Origin: Tubulanus polymorphus
Taxonomy: Eukaryota > Animalia > Nemertea
Assembly (NCBI RefSeq): GCF_964204645.1
Contig: NC_134026.1
Coordinates: 5,975,950 to 6,039,949 of the forward strand
Direction of reading: 5' to 3'
DNA length: 64,000 nt
Made by a program: the position numbers and the translations under genes. The notes under the pieces were generated by a model. That model did no database searches. It was given only the letters and a program-made list of their open reading frames with translations, and was not told where the DNA came from. Below, piece by piece: positions 1 to 36,233 of this stretch (the stretch's first letter is position 1; every line of letters begins with the position of its first letter).

Positions 1-23230
<23,230 letters not shown>

Positions 23231-24732
23231 AAATTACGCAATTCAAAGAATTCTACTTGATCAACACAGCTATGCTTGATTAGACATCACTCAAAATTAA
23301 TCAATATTATAAATCCGGAGTGAAGCGGTCGTTCTTTGTGTTCTAAAAAAAAGGTTTACTTAAACCGGTCATCTCCTATAATGTTGACGAACGTAATGGA
23401 ATTTTCATATACATGTAGATGAAATATATCTACAACTGACCATCTTCTGTGTTCAAAACAAGTGCATTAAATGCATAAATTCCTTTATATCGCAGTGCCA
23501 AAATAGTTTTCAAGGAAAATTACTTTCTTCATAGTAGATTGTATTACAATAGTCATAATACAGAATAAAATTTGTTCCACAGCTGCCCATTGAATTTGAC
23601 TGCCATGTCCTAAGTTCACTATATGTAACCTTTTCTGAAAGAAGTAAATATCCGGTATGTCAAAATGAACAAGAACCATGAAATTGTTGTTGAAAACTTA
23701 AAAGATAGTATGATGTACTGATGTATTTCTGATTAAAAAACCAAAGATAGTATGATGTACTGATGTATTTCTTATTGCTCATAGAATTTATGAATTATAT
23801 TATCATTGTTGTGTGGTTTCAGGTATTAGTCGTATTATACAGGTTTGTCTCAACTAATTCCAGTATTGATGCATTTGATAATTCAGCTCAATTTGTATGT
23901 ACTTGCTGCCAGTATTTTCTTACTTATTATTATTATTATAAAATTGTAATTAAACGTGTTCAATTCTTTTGATGAAAATGTGTTCTATTAAATAATTTTT
24001 ATAACACATTAAAAGCTGCTCATTATTTCTATGCTCATCTCTCGTACGACATGTAGATGTAATCAACATGGAATATGCCTTACAAAATATTTCATTACAG
24101 TTCATAGAATTGTGTTGTGCATTTTGATTAAAGGATCAATTATGTCTGTGATCTCAACGTAAGTTCAGATGTTATGTAAATGATATTTCACGGCTTATAT
24201 TATTCAATCAATAAAATTGTTCATTCCAATGAATTAGAATTCTTTGCTTCTTGTGATGATGAAATATAACGTACTTCATTTAAAAATGGCCGAGTCGATT
24301 CACACTGCTGGGTCCAGTTTTATCAAGCAAAATGAAAATTAGTTGCTACAACAACCTTCTCATTCTCAATGTTTTCTAGTGGTGATTAGGTTTGTGAAAC
24401 TGGGTGTTGTCGCGTGAATCTAGTGACTGGATTCCCACAATAATTCAGCCAAAAAGAGAATTATTGTATAGAAGAGTACGGTATATATTTTGAGCAATGT
24501 TTCGTCTAAAGACTATTAGCCATCATCAGGAATACTGGTTGATATCATAAGCAACAGCTCTATGACGATCCTTGGTAAATTAACCCTCCTATGCCTGATT
24601 ATGACTTCAAAAAGAACCCAAAGGAACAGTTTGTTCAATACATGTATAAATAAAACTTTATTCATAAGATATTTTATCACAATTGTTGAAAGTAATATGT
24701 ACAGGATGAATGGAATAATAGTTGAAGTGTTG

Positions 24733-27700
24733 TCATGCGGAGCTGATTTGTGTAAATGCCTCTGCGCCGAATAATGCCTGGAAATGGCTAACATATGGTT
24801 CGCAATGCTCCCCTGCAATAGAAATATTTGGATCTAGTACTATGGACTGGTCAAACTAAGTCAGGATGGCCACTGATGACAGAATTAAGCCAGGTTAATG
24901 ATTTAGGATAAATGTACCAAGAGGTACACAAAATGGCAGATTTTTCAACCGCAGAAATAGGTAGGTTACAGAAACTAACGTCTACCATTATTCATAGCCC
25001 TAAGTTTGCTTTCACTGTTCCCATCATTGAGGACTTGAGTTCAACACCCTGACCTATCCGGTAACGGACTTTTAAGTACGATACCTGGCTGAAATTTTGG
25101 ATGGCCTCTCATTTTGATATTTCTTTGCTCGAAGAATTTGAATACTGTGTAGAATAACATATTATCCCTGGTCATCATTGCAGCTTCAAGGAACTTTCGC
25201 GCGGACACGTGCTGAGAATCAGTGTAGCCAACACTGCGTATGAATCTATATAGAATCGAAAGAGATTATTTGAAATGAGTAGAATATGAATCGATAAATC
25301 GTTGCCCGATGGTGCATTATTTACCGTAAAGCTGGTAGTAATTGATGTTTGGAGAGAAGCACTTCAACTATCTCATCATTAGCTGTGTTCAAACGCTGAA
25401 TAAAATAAAAGCATCGATTTCAACAGAGTTCAGACTATAAACTGTGATCATGAGAATTCTCTTGGCCAGAGGAGAGCCAAAAGATACATGTAGGAACTAG
25501 AGACAAAACATGTGGGAACTAGGGGGCCAGGGACACAACGCCCACTTAGGACGTGGTCATAGAGCATGTCACAAGCTACAATTTAGCAATTGATTGTGGT
25601 TACAAAATATGCTTAGGTACCGATATGATATGAAAATATTGAGTTATTCAGCTAAGTGGGCTAAAAAGCAAGAGTACCATTGCCCAGGCATATTTTTCAG
25701 ATGTTTTCATGGCTTCTGAGAGAGCCTCTGGCAGAAAAAGATATTCCAATCCATCTACCTTTTCTCAAGTTTCAAGTTTAGTTTATTGCTCCAAAAAAGA
25801 TATACAATTTTTCCGAGCATAGCAAAATAATAAGATAAAAACCCACTATCTACAGATTAAAAGAATTTTAAAACAAAGAATTCATTTATTCGAACAATCT
25901 AAAATATATAGAATACACGACGTTTCGATCTCACCCTAGAGATTATCGTCAGGTTTGTGATTAGATTGTTAGAATAAATGAATTCTTGGTTTTGAAATTC
26001 TTTTAATCTGTAGATAGTGGGTTTTTATCTTATTATCCATTCACCACGTTTGAGTGTGGTTATCGTTCTATGTAGCAAAATAGTATCAAATATAAATATC
26101 GAAGCTGGCAAATTTGTACATAATCAACAGATCTCCATGATTCAGAAATGTTTTGAAAATTGTTCAAAAAGATTGTTGGTTCTGACAAATGATGGATCAC
26201 ACCACTGACAAATGATGGTCACACCACTGCTTGCTTATTTCTAATAATTCACCTTCAACATGTCCAGAGCTAGTTGATGTGCTGGTGGATATACACTCTC
26301 TAGAGACAATAACAAACATGCCTGAAAGACGCCAAAAACGGTAAAATTTCAAGATGAATTCAATACATCATTTATCAGTAATACACATGTACATAACATG
26401 TATTTGACAAGCGGTTCGAAATTGTGAACATAAGTCTGAAGAGAGTACTTACAATAGGTTTTGAGTCGCTGAGGACGTGGTACTGTAAAAACTGATGTAG
26501 CTGATAGAAGCAACCATGCCGGACTAGAGTATTAATGACTAGTTCATATAGATAATGCTGAAATATACAAAGTAACTGTTGAAACACTTGATAGCATTCG
26601 GACCATACAAATTGATAAGCATTTGGTTAATGAATTGTAGAATAGACGCACTCAAACGTGGAGAATAGATTATCTGATAAAAACCCACAATGCCACGAAG
26701 TTAAGAAAAAATCATAATTAAAAAGATTGAAAATTAAAAATTGACACACCTACAATGATCTCTTGAGAGACTTCAAAACATTGTGTCCTCTGTTCTTAAT
26801 TTTCAACTTGTTTTCAAGTTTGTGCATAGTCAGTTTGTACCATTTAGTTAATGAAATTAATCACTAAAGTATATACAAGAGTTGTTATGAATTAATCATT
26901 ACCTGCACTTGTATCTGGTTCACATTCGCTGACCTGATATACTCGATAAGCACGGCTACGATGAACTTATAATGAATATCCTGAAATAATAATTATTTAC
27001 GTAATAAGTATACATAACTAATAATCGCGTTGGTAAATAGCGCCTATGAATATTTTAGAGTTCATTCAACCACAAATACAGTAGACTCTACCTTACTCGG
27101 TAGCAATGGGACCATCAATATTGAATGCTTAGTTGCCACAAAAACAAATTGAGAGGAAAAGAGATTTACTGACTTTCGTTGACTAACGGAATAAAGAGGA
27201 GTCGCCTGTATTAAGTTTTTCATCCAATACAACGAGCATGCAAAATGACGTAGCATGCTGAGCAATGGAAAATGAATACATACAGTTTTTTGTACCTTGT
27301 TTTCTATGAATCGCGAAAAAACGTGTGTATACATGTCTGACTGGTCGACGACAACCTGAAAACAACATCATTGAACTATACTTACTCCAGGGTCCCGATT
27401 ACAGGAATATTGTTTACTTTACTTCTAAGTTTACCAGTTTTGGTGTTGGTTGTTTTTAAGCGTTTAGAATAAAACCTTTTTGTGAAACCACTTGTTCGGA
27501 AGTTGTTCAATGTTACTCAAAAAAAGAACTTTAGAATTTTACCAAATCGGGGTAAAATTCTTCCATACCTCATCCGAGTACCTCTAGGGGCATATCAACC
27601 CAACATACAAGGTTTCTCATTCCAATGAAGAGGGAAGCATTTGAACAGAATCATAGACTAAGTTTTTCTGCTGCCACTAAGGATTCAAAACTTAAAATGC

Positions 27701-30700
27701 TGGATAAATGAGAACCACTTGTGAAAGACCGATGGCCGAAGCCACTCGGCCACTACTTGCCTGATTTTTGTTTTCGGACACCATATAATTTTGATAAACT
27801 TCGTTCAGTTTATTGAATATTTTCGCGATTACGCTGAGTGGTGTCCGTTGTTCAGGCGATAGCATACTCTTACAGACCAATAGAATATGCATTTTGCACT
27901 CAGTTCGTTGCAGCAGAAACCTGATGAGTAAGTATTTATCCTCGATCATCGCAACGATCGGCTCAAGATCGATGTGAACGTACCACAAAAATCCTGTAAG
28001 AGAAAGTAACATTTCTTATTACAATGCAGCATTTTTACGCAAGACTCCTCCCAACGAATAAATACCAATGGTTGGTTCAGGGATGAGATGCGAGATTCTG
28101 AAATTTCCACCCTTTCCACATTTCTTCCCACCAAAAAACAGAAGTTCTCACATTTTTTCTCTTTAAGGGACATATACCTAACACAATTTCTTCATTTTCG
28201 ACGAGGTTATATGCAAGAATAACAAAATCCATATGGCTTATTTTGTCCCTAGTACACTGTAGACCAGCTGCAATACCCAGAATCTGGGAACATAGGGAAA
28301 ACTGCATAGAAATTTTCTGACAACAAGAATTTTCAAAGAATTTCACATAGTTTCCAAACTTTTTCGTCCTTCCACATTTTTCACATGCATCTCATCCCTG
28401 CTGGTTTTACTGTTTTGGTTCTAGGTAAAAACCTTCCCCACATGTATAACCGATCTCCCAAACACAGACACAGGCTACAGTCAGTTTAGTAATTCACGTT
28501 CACATACCCAGTTTAGCATCGATAACTATGTTTGGTTGAAATACGATCCAGTTGTGAGAATCTGATTGTTACCGGTAGTCAAAGATCATATGAACCATAT
28601 ATGAAAAATGTTAATGCCCATTTCTGGACCAAGCTTTTATCAAGTAAGAATGACAATGAAATTAAAGAAGAGGCAATTCTTTGTCAGGTTGGCAACTTTC
28701 CACCAATCTACAAATTCCCTGAAGTTTTCCCTGATTTTTCCATGTTATAACACAAAATTCCCTGAGTGAAAGATATATTGTGGTTTGATATGTTGTTATT
28801 CATTCATTTTTCATGAATCACATATTGATAAAGAAACGTGTGATCAAGAACATATTCATATTCCCTGAGTTTTCCAGTTTTCCCTTTTCTTTAAAGTAGA
28901 AACAGTTACCCGAAGTGAATAGGTGTCTGTCTGTACACGGTATGCCACAGGTTCTTCCGCCATACAATTCATCATATGTAAAAGGATACACAATTCGCAA
29001 TGAATTTCAGCGGCATCAGCGTTTCCTGATAGAACCGGTTTGCGGCGAAGTTTCAGCGGTTTGATCGGTTTCGGCGCGACGACCGGTCGATGATACGTGA
29101 CGAAACCGTCGCTTTCACCGGTCAAGTTAATATCGAATATCATCGACGTCTAAAAGAAAACAATGCCGTTTATATTTCATATCAACCCATTAGCTGCCTA
29201 CTACCAACATATCTCGTAGCTGATCCTTCTTATTCACCATTTGCGTTCCGGTTATTGGAATGATACCCTTCCTGATTGGCTGGCAATGGTAACAAACTCT
29301 GCTTCATTCTCAATGTTCATTTATCAATTTTGAACAATGAATGGCTTACTATATTATAGCTCGCGTGCCACCTATGTGATAGCTAGTAGCAGCAACTGGG
29401 GACAGCGCCGTATTATCAGGTGGGAGTCAATGTGTTCAGATTATCAACGATGACAGTATAGACTGATATACTATTCTCAGTTTAGAAGAAGACTAACGAT
29501 CTCACAGTTAATATGATGTTTATTTTACTGGAATTCTAAGGGTTAAGATAAATTCCAAAACTGTCAAAACAATGAACTTAAAATATCATCAATTGTGGGA
29601 TCGTAAGTAATTATCAAAAATAATCAAAAACCCTGCAGTTTATGATTACACCATTCAAAAAACCATTCAAACAGTTTTTATACATCTAATCTGAATACTG
29701 AGATCAATATCAGGCTACCGGTCATATTATCGACAATATTCTCAAGCGATTTTTACTAGACCGACTAGAATAACGATTAAAACCTGAACCTTCGAAGCCT
29801 GATGATGTACGATGACTAGGTTATCGACTATATTTATCGCAAAGCGTCCACTCATGTCTAAACGCAGCACATCAGTTTTCTTTGCCGGCGCTTCTCTGAA
29901 AAATACAGCAGAAAATTATATCCACTCTCAATCAATACTTTGTAACAGATTTCTATAGAAATCTACCCGTAATGAAGACTTACTTCTGTAATTGATAAAG
30001 AACGATTTCGGCACCGACGCTACCCGCGGTTTTCGGTTGATGGCGTAAGACGACGATATAAGTTTTTCCAAACCTAAATTTTCCGATAAGATTAAAACCA
30101 TGAAGCAAGCTCTATAATACAGTGCGAAATTATGACTCCAATGATATTAGTACACAACTCAGTCAGCAGGCTGCTAAAGCCCTGTTATTCTAAAATAATT
30201 TCTGTCTCATGTAAGTTTATGAATTCGATTCAGTTATCAGTTTCAGACTCGCTTCAAGAAAGCAGCCATGATATCACATTCAGAAAAATACAAATATATG
30301 GTCAGGTTGTTTCCAACTTACAAATTTGCCATAGTTACATCTCTTTCTAGAAGACACAATTTTGGAGGTTTCGGAACCACAGGCATATCCACTTCAAATT
30401 TCGGTAACTTGAAAACGTTTCCCTTCAAAAAAGAAAATTGAATAGCCGATATATAACGATATGATGAACAATTATGAAATATGCAGTGAAAGATTAGTTT
30501 TGAGGCACCTTTTTTATCCATATCCCAAACCTACCATCATCTTCATCCTTACTAACCCTAGATCCTACTCAACCTACTCCCCTATCTTAAGTAGTATGCA
30601 TTATATGGGTTTGTGAGTTGCCAATGCCAAGCCTCAATTTCTTAAAAGGGTCGATTAGGCTTACCTTAAATTGAAACGGATGAATGATGTTTCCCAGTGA

Positions 30701-32488
30701 TCCTGACGCAAGCAGAAGAATAGCACTGTCGGGCTGCAACGTAACCGATAAACAATATAACATTATTTTTCCTTTGGACGATAAACTAACAGTTGATGAA
30801 GCTATAACTCTACCTACCATCCACACAAACCAATGCACGGAAACGCTGTGCGTTTTTAGCGAACGTAAAGTTCGTTTTTCCGGGATCACCTCGTAAAATT
30901 CAATCCCGTGATCCGTGATGAAAACGATTTCATTGATGCTCGTCCAACAGAAGCCTATGATCTTAGTCGATTTACCCTAGAATAAAGTCAGAATACTAAC
31001 TTACTACCGTGAGGGCAATTACATCAAGCAGAAAAACGTTTGTGGTGGCAGTAGTCCGCTAGTTTGATAACTCAAGATTTGACTTACCAGGGTACAGATT
31101 TTTCATGATGTGAAGTTCAGGACCCAGTTGCAAAGTCGTGTCTTACCGGGGGAATTGCAAAATTGGTTTTCAATCATAAGACTTGTCGTAAGTTGTGAGA
31201 TCAAAGATGGTCTTAAGACTGGTCTTAAATCTAAGTCCCGACTGTGCAACTGGGGCAGTGATTTATCATGAGTTTGATGGGTTGAAGGGCAAAGGGCGTA
31301 CTATACAATATTGTGGTATGCGCATTTTTTTCGCTTGTGAAAAAAATAAAAAAAGCTCACAAATGTAACATAATTTTATTTCCAGACCAACCTTACAACT
31401 CTGAGAGTATTCCAACACATCAATGCCATCAAAGAAATTAACAAATTCCTACAAAAGAAAGGTATCAACATACAACATATTTTGATTCTAACATGTACAT
31501 GTAAGGTAATATTTTTTGTTCTCTTATCTAAATCTAGGCTAATCCACATGAATTTGAAATGAAACAATTGAAATGAACTAAGACTATGGCGCTGTAGTCT
31601 AGTACCTAGCCATCGTTCCCCAAACAACAGCCGTAACAACGACTGGTATTCAGGCTAATGGGGCTGGGGTGATGTGTACTTACCACTGACTTCTGGGATC
31701 TTTGAATGGCTAATATTCGTAAGTCAAGAGAAAACTTTATTGAAATAACATCACCTCTGTCTTCCATCCTGAAAACGTTACCAAAATATTCATTACTATT
31801 TCGCAACATCTTATTGTTCTGAGCAAATTGATGAAAGACTGACCTGAAATTGATATTCGTTTTTTCATCAGGACCTTTCACTACCACACCAGTAGCTCCA
31901 CCAGATCGGACACAGAAAACCTGTAAAATAACAACAGTTTGATGCTTACAATGTCAAATTTGATCTTAATTAGCCCCATAAGCAAAAATATTCTAAGCAC
32001 TGCGCTTTGGACGTATATTTATATCCATATGTCAAATCCATCGCCCAAGCATTTTATTTACTAGAAAATATGTGAATTTTGTGCAATAAATTGAAACCCT
32101 GGGGCCAGTTGCACAGTCGGACTTAAGTCCAAAAGTGGTCTTTAATCTTAAGACTGGTCTTAAGTTGTTAGATTGGCTATAGAACTAAGTTGGTCTTAGA
32201 CTGGTCTTAAGTCTAAGCCATGACTATGCAACAGGGCCCTGGGATAAATGATTTCAAAAACATCTGGAACCCTTCAAATTCACTAAAAATCTAAACTGAT
32301 CTTTTAAAGTATTTCGTGCTTTATGAAAAGTGACAAACCTGTCTGTTAGAATCATCGAAGAATACATTCGTTACTTTACTGAACGGCTCGAATTGTATCG
32401 GTGTTTTACTCAGTTCAACGTAATGTCGATTGTCATCGATTTTACTGGCAGCTCCGATTGATGGCTTTATCCCTTCTGTATCCATCAT
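24733..32488 (-). CDS. RMC1: Regulator of MON1-CCZ1 complex (C18orf8/Mic1), multi-exon
   Basis: Exons read HYVELSKTPIQFEPFSKVTNVFFDDSNRQ, VFCVRSGGATGVVVKGPD, FKLPKFEVDMP and FAINIVDNLVIVHHQ, and end QALFGAEAFTQISSA*. This matches the recalled human RMC1 sequence. Confidence 0.93.
25827..26036. mobile_element. Penelope-like element inverted end with a hammerhead core, in an RMC1 intron
   Basis: Inverted arms of about 75 bp flank minus-strand CTGACGA-TAATCTCTAGGGTGAGATC-GAAACGTC. Related fragments lie at about 26645-26690 and 61130-61166. Confidence 0.72.
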
Positions 32489-32627
32489 TAATGATAAACT
32501 ACAAGAAAGATGCAGATTATCGTAAATCTTTCAAAGAAAATACAATTAGACTTAGTCCAATTGTATTTTCTTTGAAAACTTTACTCTAATCAGAGTAGCC
32601 ATTGGATTGTTCCATTGAAATTGCCAG

Positions 32628-32710
32628 CAGGACTCGATTCCTCTTGTGACTCCGTGACTGACAGTGAATGCCATAGCATCACATATTATCCCACTGAGCT
32701 ACCAAGGTCG
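32628..32710 (-). mobile_element. tRNA-derived SINE head
   Basis: Minus strand has A-box TAGCTCAGTGG and a degenerate B-box GAATCGAGTCC; no full cloverleaf. Confidence 0.5.
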
Positions 32711-32949
32711 CTTCAGGCCTAACCCTGTATTTGTACTGTCCTAATTGTCTTTTACCAGGCCTCACTATCGGTACAGAAATGAGTACGCAGATTTATGAAT
32801 AAGCTATATATAAACTATGCAGCTGAATAAAACAATCATTTCACTTAAGAGAGTGGTGCTGTAAGTTAAATATGACAACACTTGTCGATTTTGTGCGGTT
32901 TTGGTTGGTTATTAGTATTTCTGGATGGAATATTTCAATGTTTTTAGAC

Positions 32950-33175
32950 GCTTTTTATTTATGATAAATGAATGTCACAGTCATCAATTAAATTAGGCCA
33001 TATGCCGAATACCTAAGGCAAGAGCTTGTATCATCGGCGATGATAAAAGCAACGTAATTCCTAATATTTCCGATAAAAATGTATTTTATTTTCCTAAATT
33101 TACTTCCGGGTTTGGAGTCAATTCATGTCAGCGCCCAGTGCTCAGAGAAAAACGTAACTTTTCTAACAAAAATGG
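32950..33175. promoter_or_regulatory. Probable bidirectional promoter for RMC1 and MRPL55
   Basis: Divergent genes. ETS-like ACTTCCGG at 33102-33109 and YY1-like AAAATGGC overlapping the MRPL55 ATG. Confidence 0.55.
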
Positions 33176-34214
33176 CATTAAACATGTTCCGTATGTTACA
33201 GTAGGTGTCATTTACGTTATGTGTGGATATTTTCAGATAGTTAAATCAGACAGAAATCATAAGATTCGTGAATTTCGCAAAGAATTATCGAATTCCGCTG
33301 TTTATTTTTTGATAAATGCTATTGGACGTACTATTTACCGACCAAAACCCAACCGATTTTGGTAATGCGAAGTAATGGATTCGTTTTTGTTTTGATTCCA
33401 GTTGTGGCTCAATGAACGTAAGATCGCTGAGTAAAAGTGGATCTCAAATCGCTCAGATTGTTAGATGTAACTCGCATAGAGCCGATATAACGAGAACTAA
33501 TCGTAATTTGTACGCTCGACAATATCCAACAGTATTAGTGCAACCAGATGGCTCGACTATAAACATACGTTATTATGAACCAAGAAAGATTATAAGGGTA
33601 AGCAGTATAGTAAAACAATTCAGGGTGCTTTAAGGTTACTTCTTTCAATTGACGCCAAGATGAAGTAATTCATGGGGCTACTCATAAACTGTTTGATCAT
33701 CTTTTGTATGCTGTCGGCATCAATTTGTTGATGAATTATATACAGTTTTTGGGTGCACAAAATAAGAAAAATGAATATCAGGAACTAAGAACTATCTGGC
33801 AGGGTCAACTTTCCCAAATTTAGGGGTCCTGTACTTCTAATCCAGTTAACAAGTCCAACATCCAGTTTCTAAGTCACTGTTTGCAATTCTTTATCAATAA
33901 TTCTAGAAGATGATTATTCACCAAATTTCATTTAAGCACTTTTTTCATAGTTCACTGTTATACTGTACCAGTATACAAAATGAATAATGATTTTCGAAAT
34001 GTACCCTCTGACAAAAACCACTTCAACCATCATATCAAGCCATATTCTCAATTTTGATCCATTTTAGTTGCCACTTGATCTGACGCAAGTTAGCGAAGAG
34101 GTTAAACAAGCTCGAATTGACAGTCGAAAACCCAGGAAAAAGATTATCGTCGAAGAGGAAATAGAAGACACTTATGAGCCCGACCAATACATCGATTTGT
34201 GGGAGTCGAAATAA
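33172..34214 (+). CDS. MRPL55: Mitochondrial ribosomal protein L55 (bL31m); exons 33172-33200, 33402-33597, 34068-34214
   Basis: [48 protein letters not shown] family signature. Exon phases are consistent. Confidence 0.92.
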
Positions 34215-34368
34215 CCGTCAAATTTATTAAAACAATTAAAATCATGACTGGGTTTTTAAAAATTTGTTTGTATAATAAAATATATATTGTATTGTATCAC
34301 TATTGTATTGTTTTTATGTTTTGAAATGGTCAGTTTTCGTTTTGTTTGATGTTGAAGTGATGCTCATT

Positions 34369-35525
34369 TTAGCACTTTCCTTTGCGTTTCAGCGTTAAAT
34401 CTCGATCCAAACACATTGCCTTCCATAATTCGCAAACATTTCTATAAGTTTTTCCATTCGATGCGCATAGCGGTTGATCGAAAGGAGCGCATTTGTATCC
34501 TTGACGACACCAGATTTCGGACAGCCTCCTAGCCAAAGGTCCATTTAGGAAACGTTTCTCGATGGCTTCATCCGTTAATGCCAGGTCTTTGCAATGACCT
34601 TTACGCAAAAGCTTCAATTGCTTATCCAAACACATAGCTCTCCACAATTGACAAGGGTTTTCGTAGGTTTGGTCGTTCGACGCGCACGTCGGTAGGCGCA
34701 AAGGAGCACACTTGTAATCGCGCTGACACCAAATCTGTGATGTGAAGGATGCACCATCGCTACGTCGCTTTCGGGCGCTATTTGACTTCATAATCTCTGA
34801 CTTTTTCTGAACACGACAGTGTCCACTATAAGCCGGGTAAAGTGGGCCTGTGAAGAGTGAAAAAGACACCTTTTTGGTACTTTTGGTGAGAAGGTGAATT
34901 ATTGCATCAAATCAATTTGATATTTCCGTAAAAATTCTACATTTTATTTCCAAAACGGTAACGTTTGAAGCAGAAAATTTCATGTCATTTTGTTTTTTAT
35001 GAAATATTCTACCTTTTGCGAGATCAGCACTGAGTTGAAGATGACACATATTAGGATAGGTGTTGCCATCCTTCGCGCAAACAGGATCAAATCTATAGTG
35101 AACGCAAGGCATGCCCATCATATCCATCAGAGTACCGGTAGGCCTATCGGTTCCATATCGTGAATCAACTGCAATTAATTAATTTTAGCGGGAGTATTTA
35201 CATTCAACCAAGCGTAGTAGATCAGTAAACAATGTAATGTAATTAAATACGTTAGTTAAAGGGCGTTCTCAAACTTCGATGGAAATTTATAAAATTTTGC
35301 CATCAGGTTTTGATACCATCTTCAGCGTTCACCATACATTGAAATTAAGATCTGTCGAAATCTTTCTCCATGTCATTACGTTGGTTAAGTCTGTCTAAAT
35401 AATGATTATTTTGGCCGACTTGATGACTAAATCATTGAGTTTTACGCCTTTTTCGGCATAATCCCACTTCACGTACCTAATATCGTCAATGATGCGATAA
35501 ATACCACAATTAGAAATAGTTCCAT
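34369..35525 (-). CDS. Secreted Kazal-domain precursor with three domains; exons 35525-35477, 35168-35013, 34847-34369
   Basis: Signal peptide MELFLIVVFIASLTILVDS. Three P.CA.(D/N)..TY.N.C.L motifs. Phase-1 introns are consistent. Confidence 0.88.
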
Positions 35526-36233
35526 TCTTGATTCCTGCCTCCAGAACTCTCCTGGTCCGTCGTTAAATCATTTTCGACGGTAAAAGATTTCTATCCAATA
35601 AATTCCAAGAATAATGATAACCCACAAACCCATTTTGACAATACTTTATCTCCCTTGTTGATATTTGTCTGAGTTGGGCATCGGTCGAAAAAAATAGTAC
35701 AGCACTCCGTGTGTGGTTCAATTCAAACTTTACAAGTTTTCACAGTAGGCCTCTGTGCCTAGGCGTCTCTGGCTCAGTGGTAATCGCCAAAAATGATTCC
35801 TTTCGTATTCGGGACTTTTCATGGTCGGTCGGGGTTAACTTAAACAGAAAGTAGAATTTTATGAGATTTATTTTGTTAAAATGGTTATTTTCATGAAAAA
35901 ACAATTCTTTAAATTGTCCCACGCGAGAGGCAAAAAAGGTTTTCAGTGCATCATATTATGAATGTATTTAAATTGAAACTTAGTTGAAATAATCTTCATC
36001 AAAAATGGAATTTCCTGCAAATGTTTATGTATTATCTTTTTATTTTCTGATACTAAAAGCGAAGCTCGCGCCCAACGTACCAAGAATTATATATTCTCGG
36101 AGCCACCCCTATTTGTACAAAGTAATGTCTCTTTTACCGAAAATCTGGAGGTCGCGGGAAATTTGATCTGTCAAATTGTCAAAATCTTGCTTTTGTTTTG
36201 ATTTGTATAGATTTGTCACGTTTGTAGAGTAAA

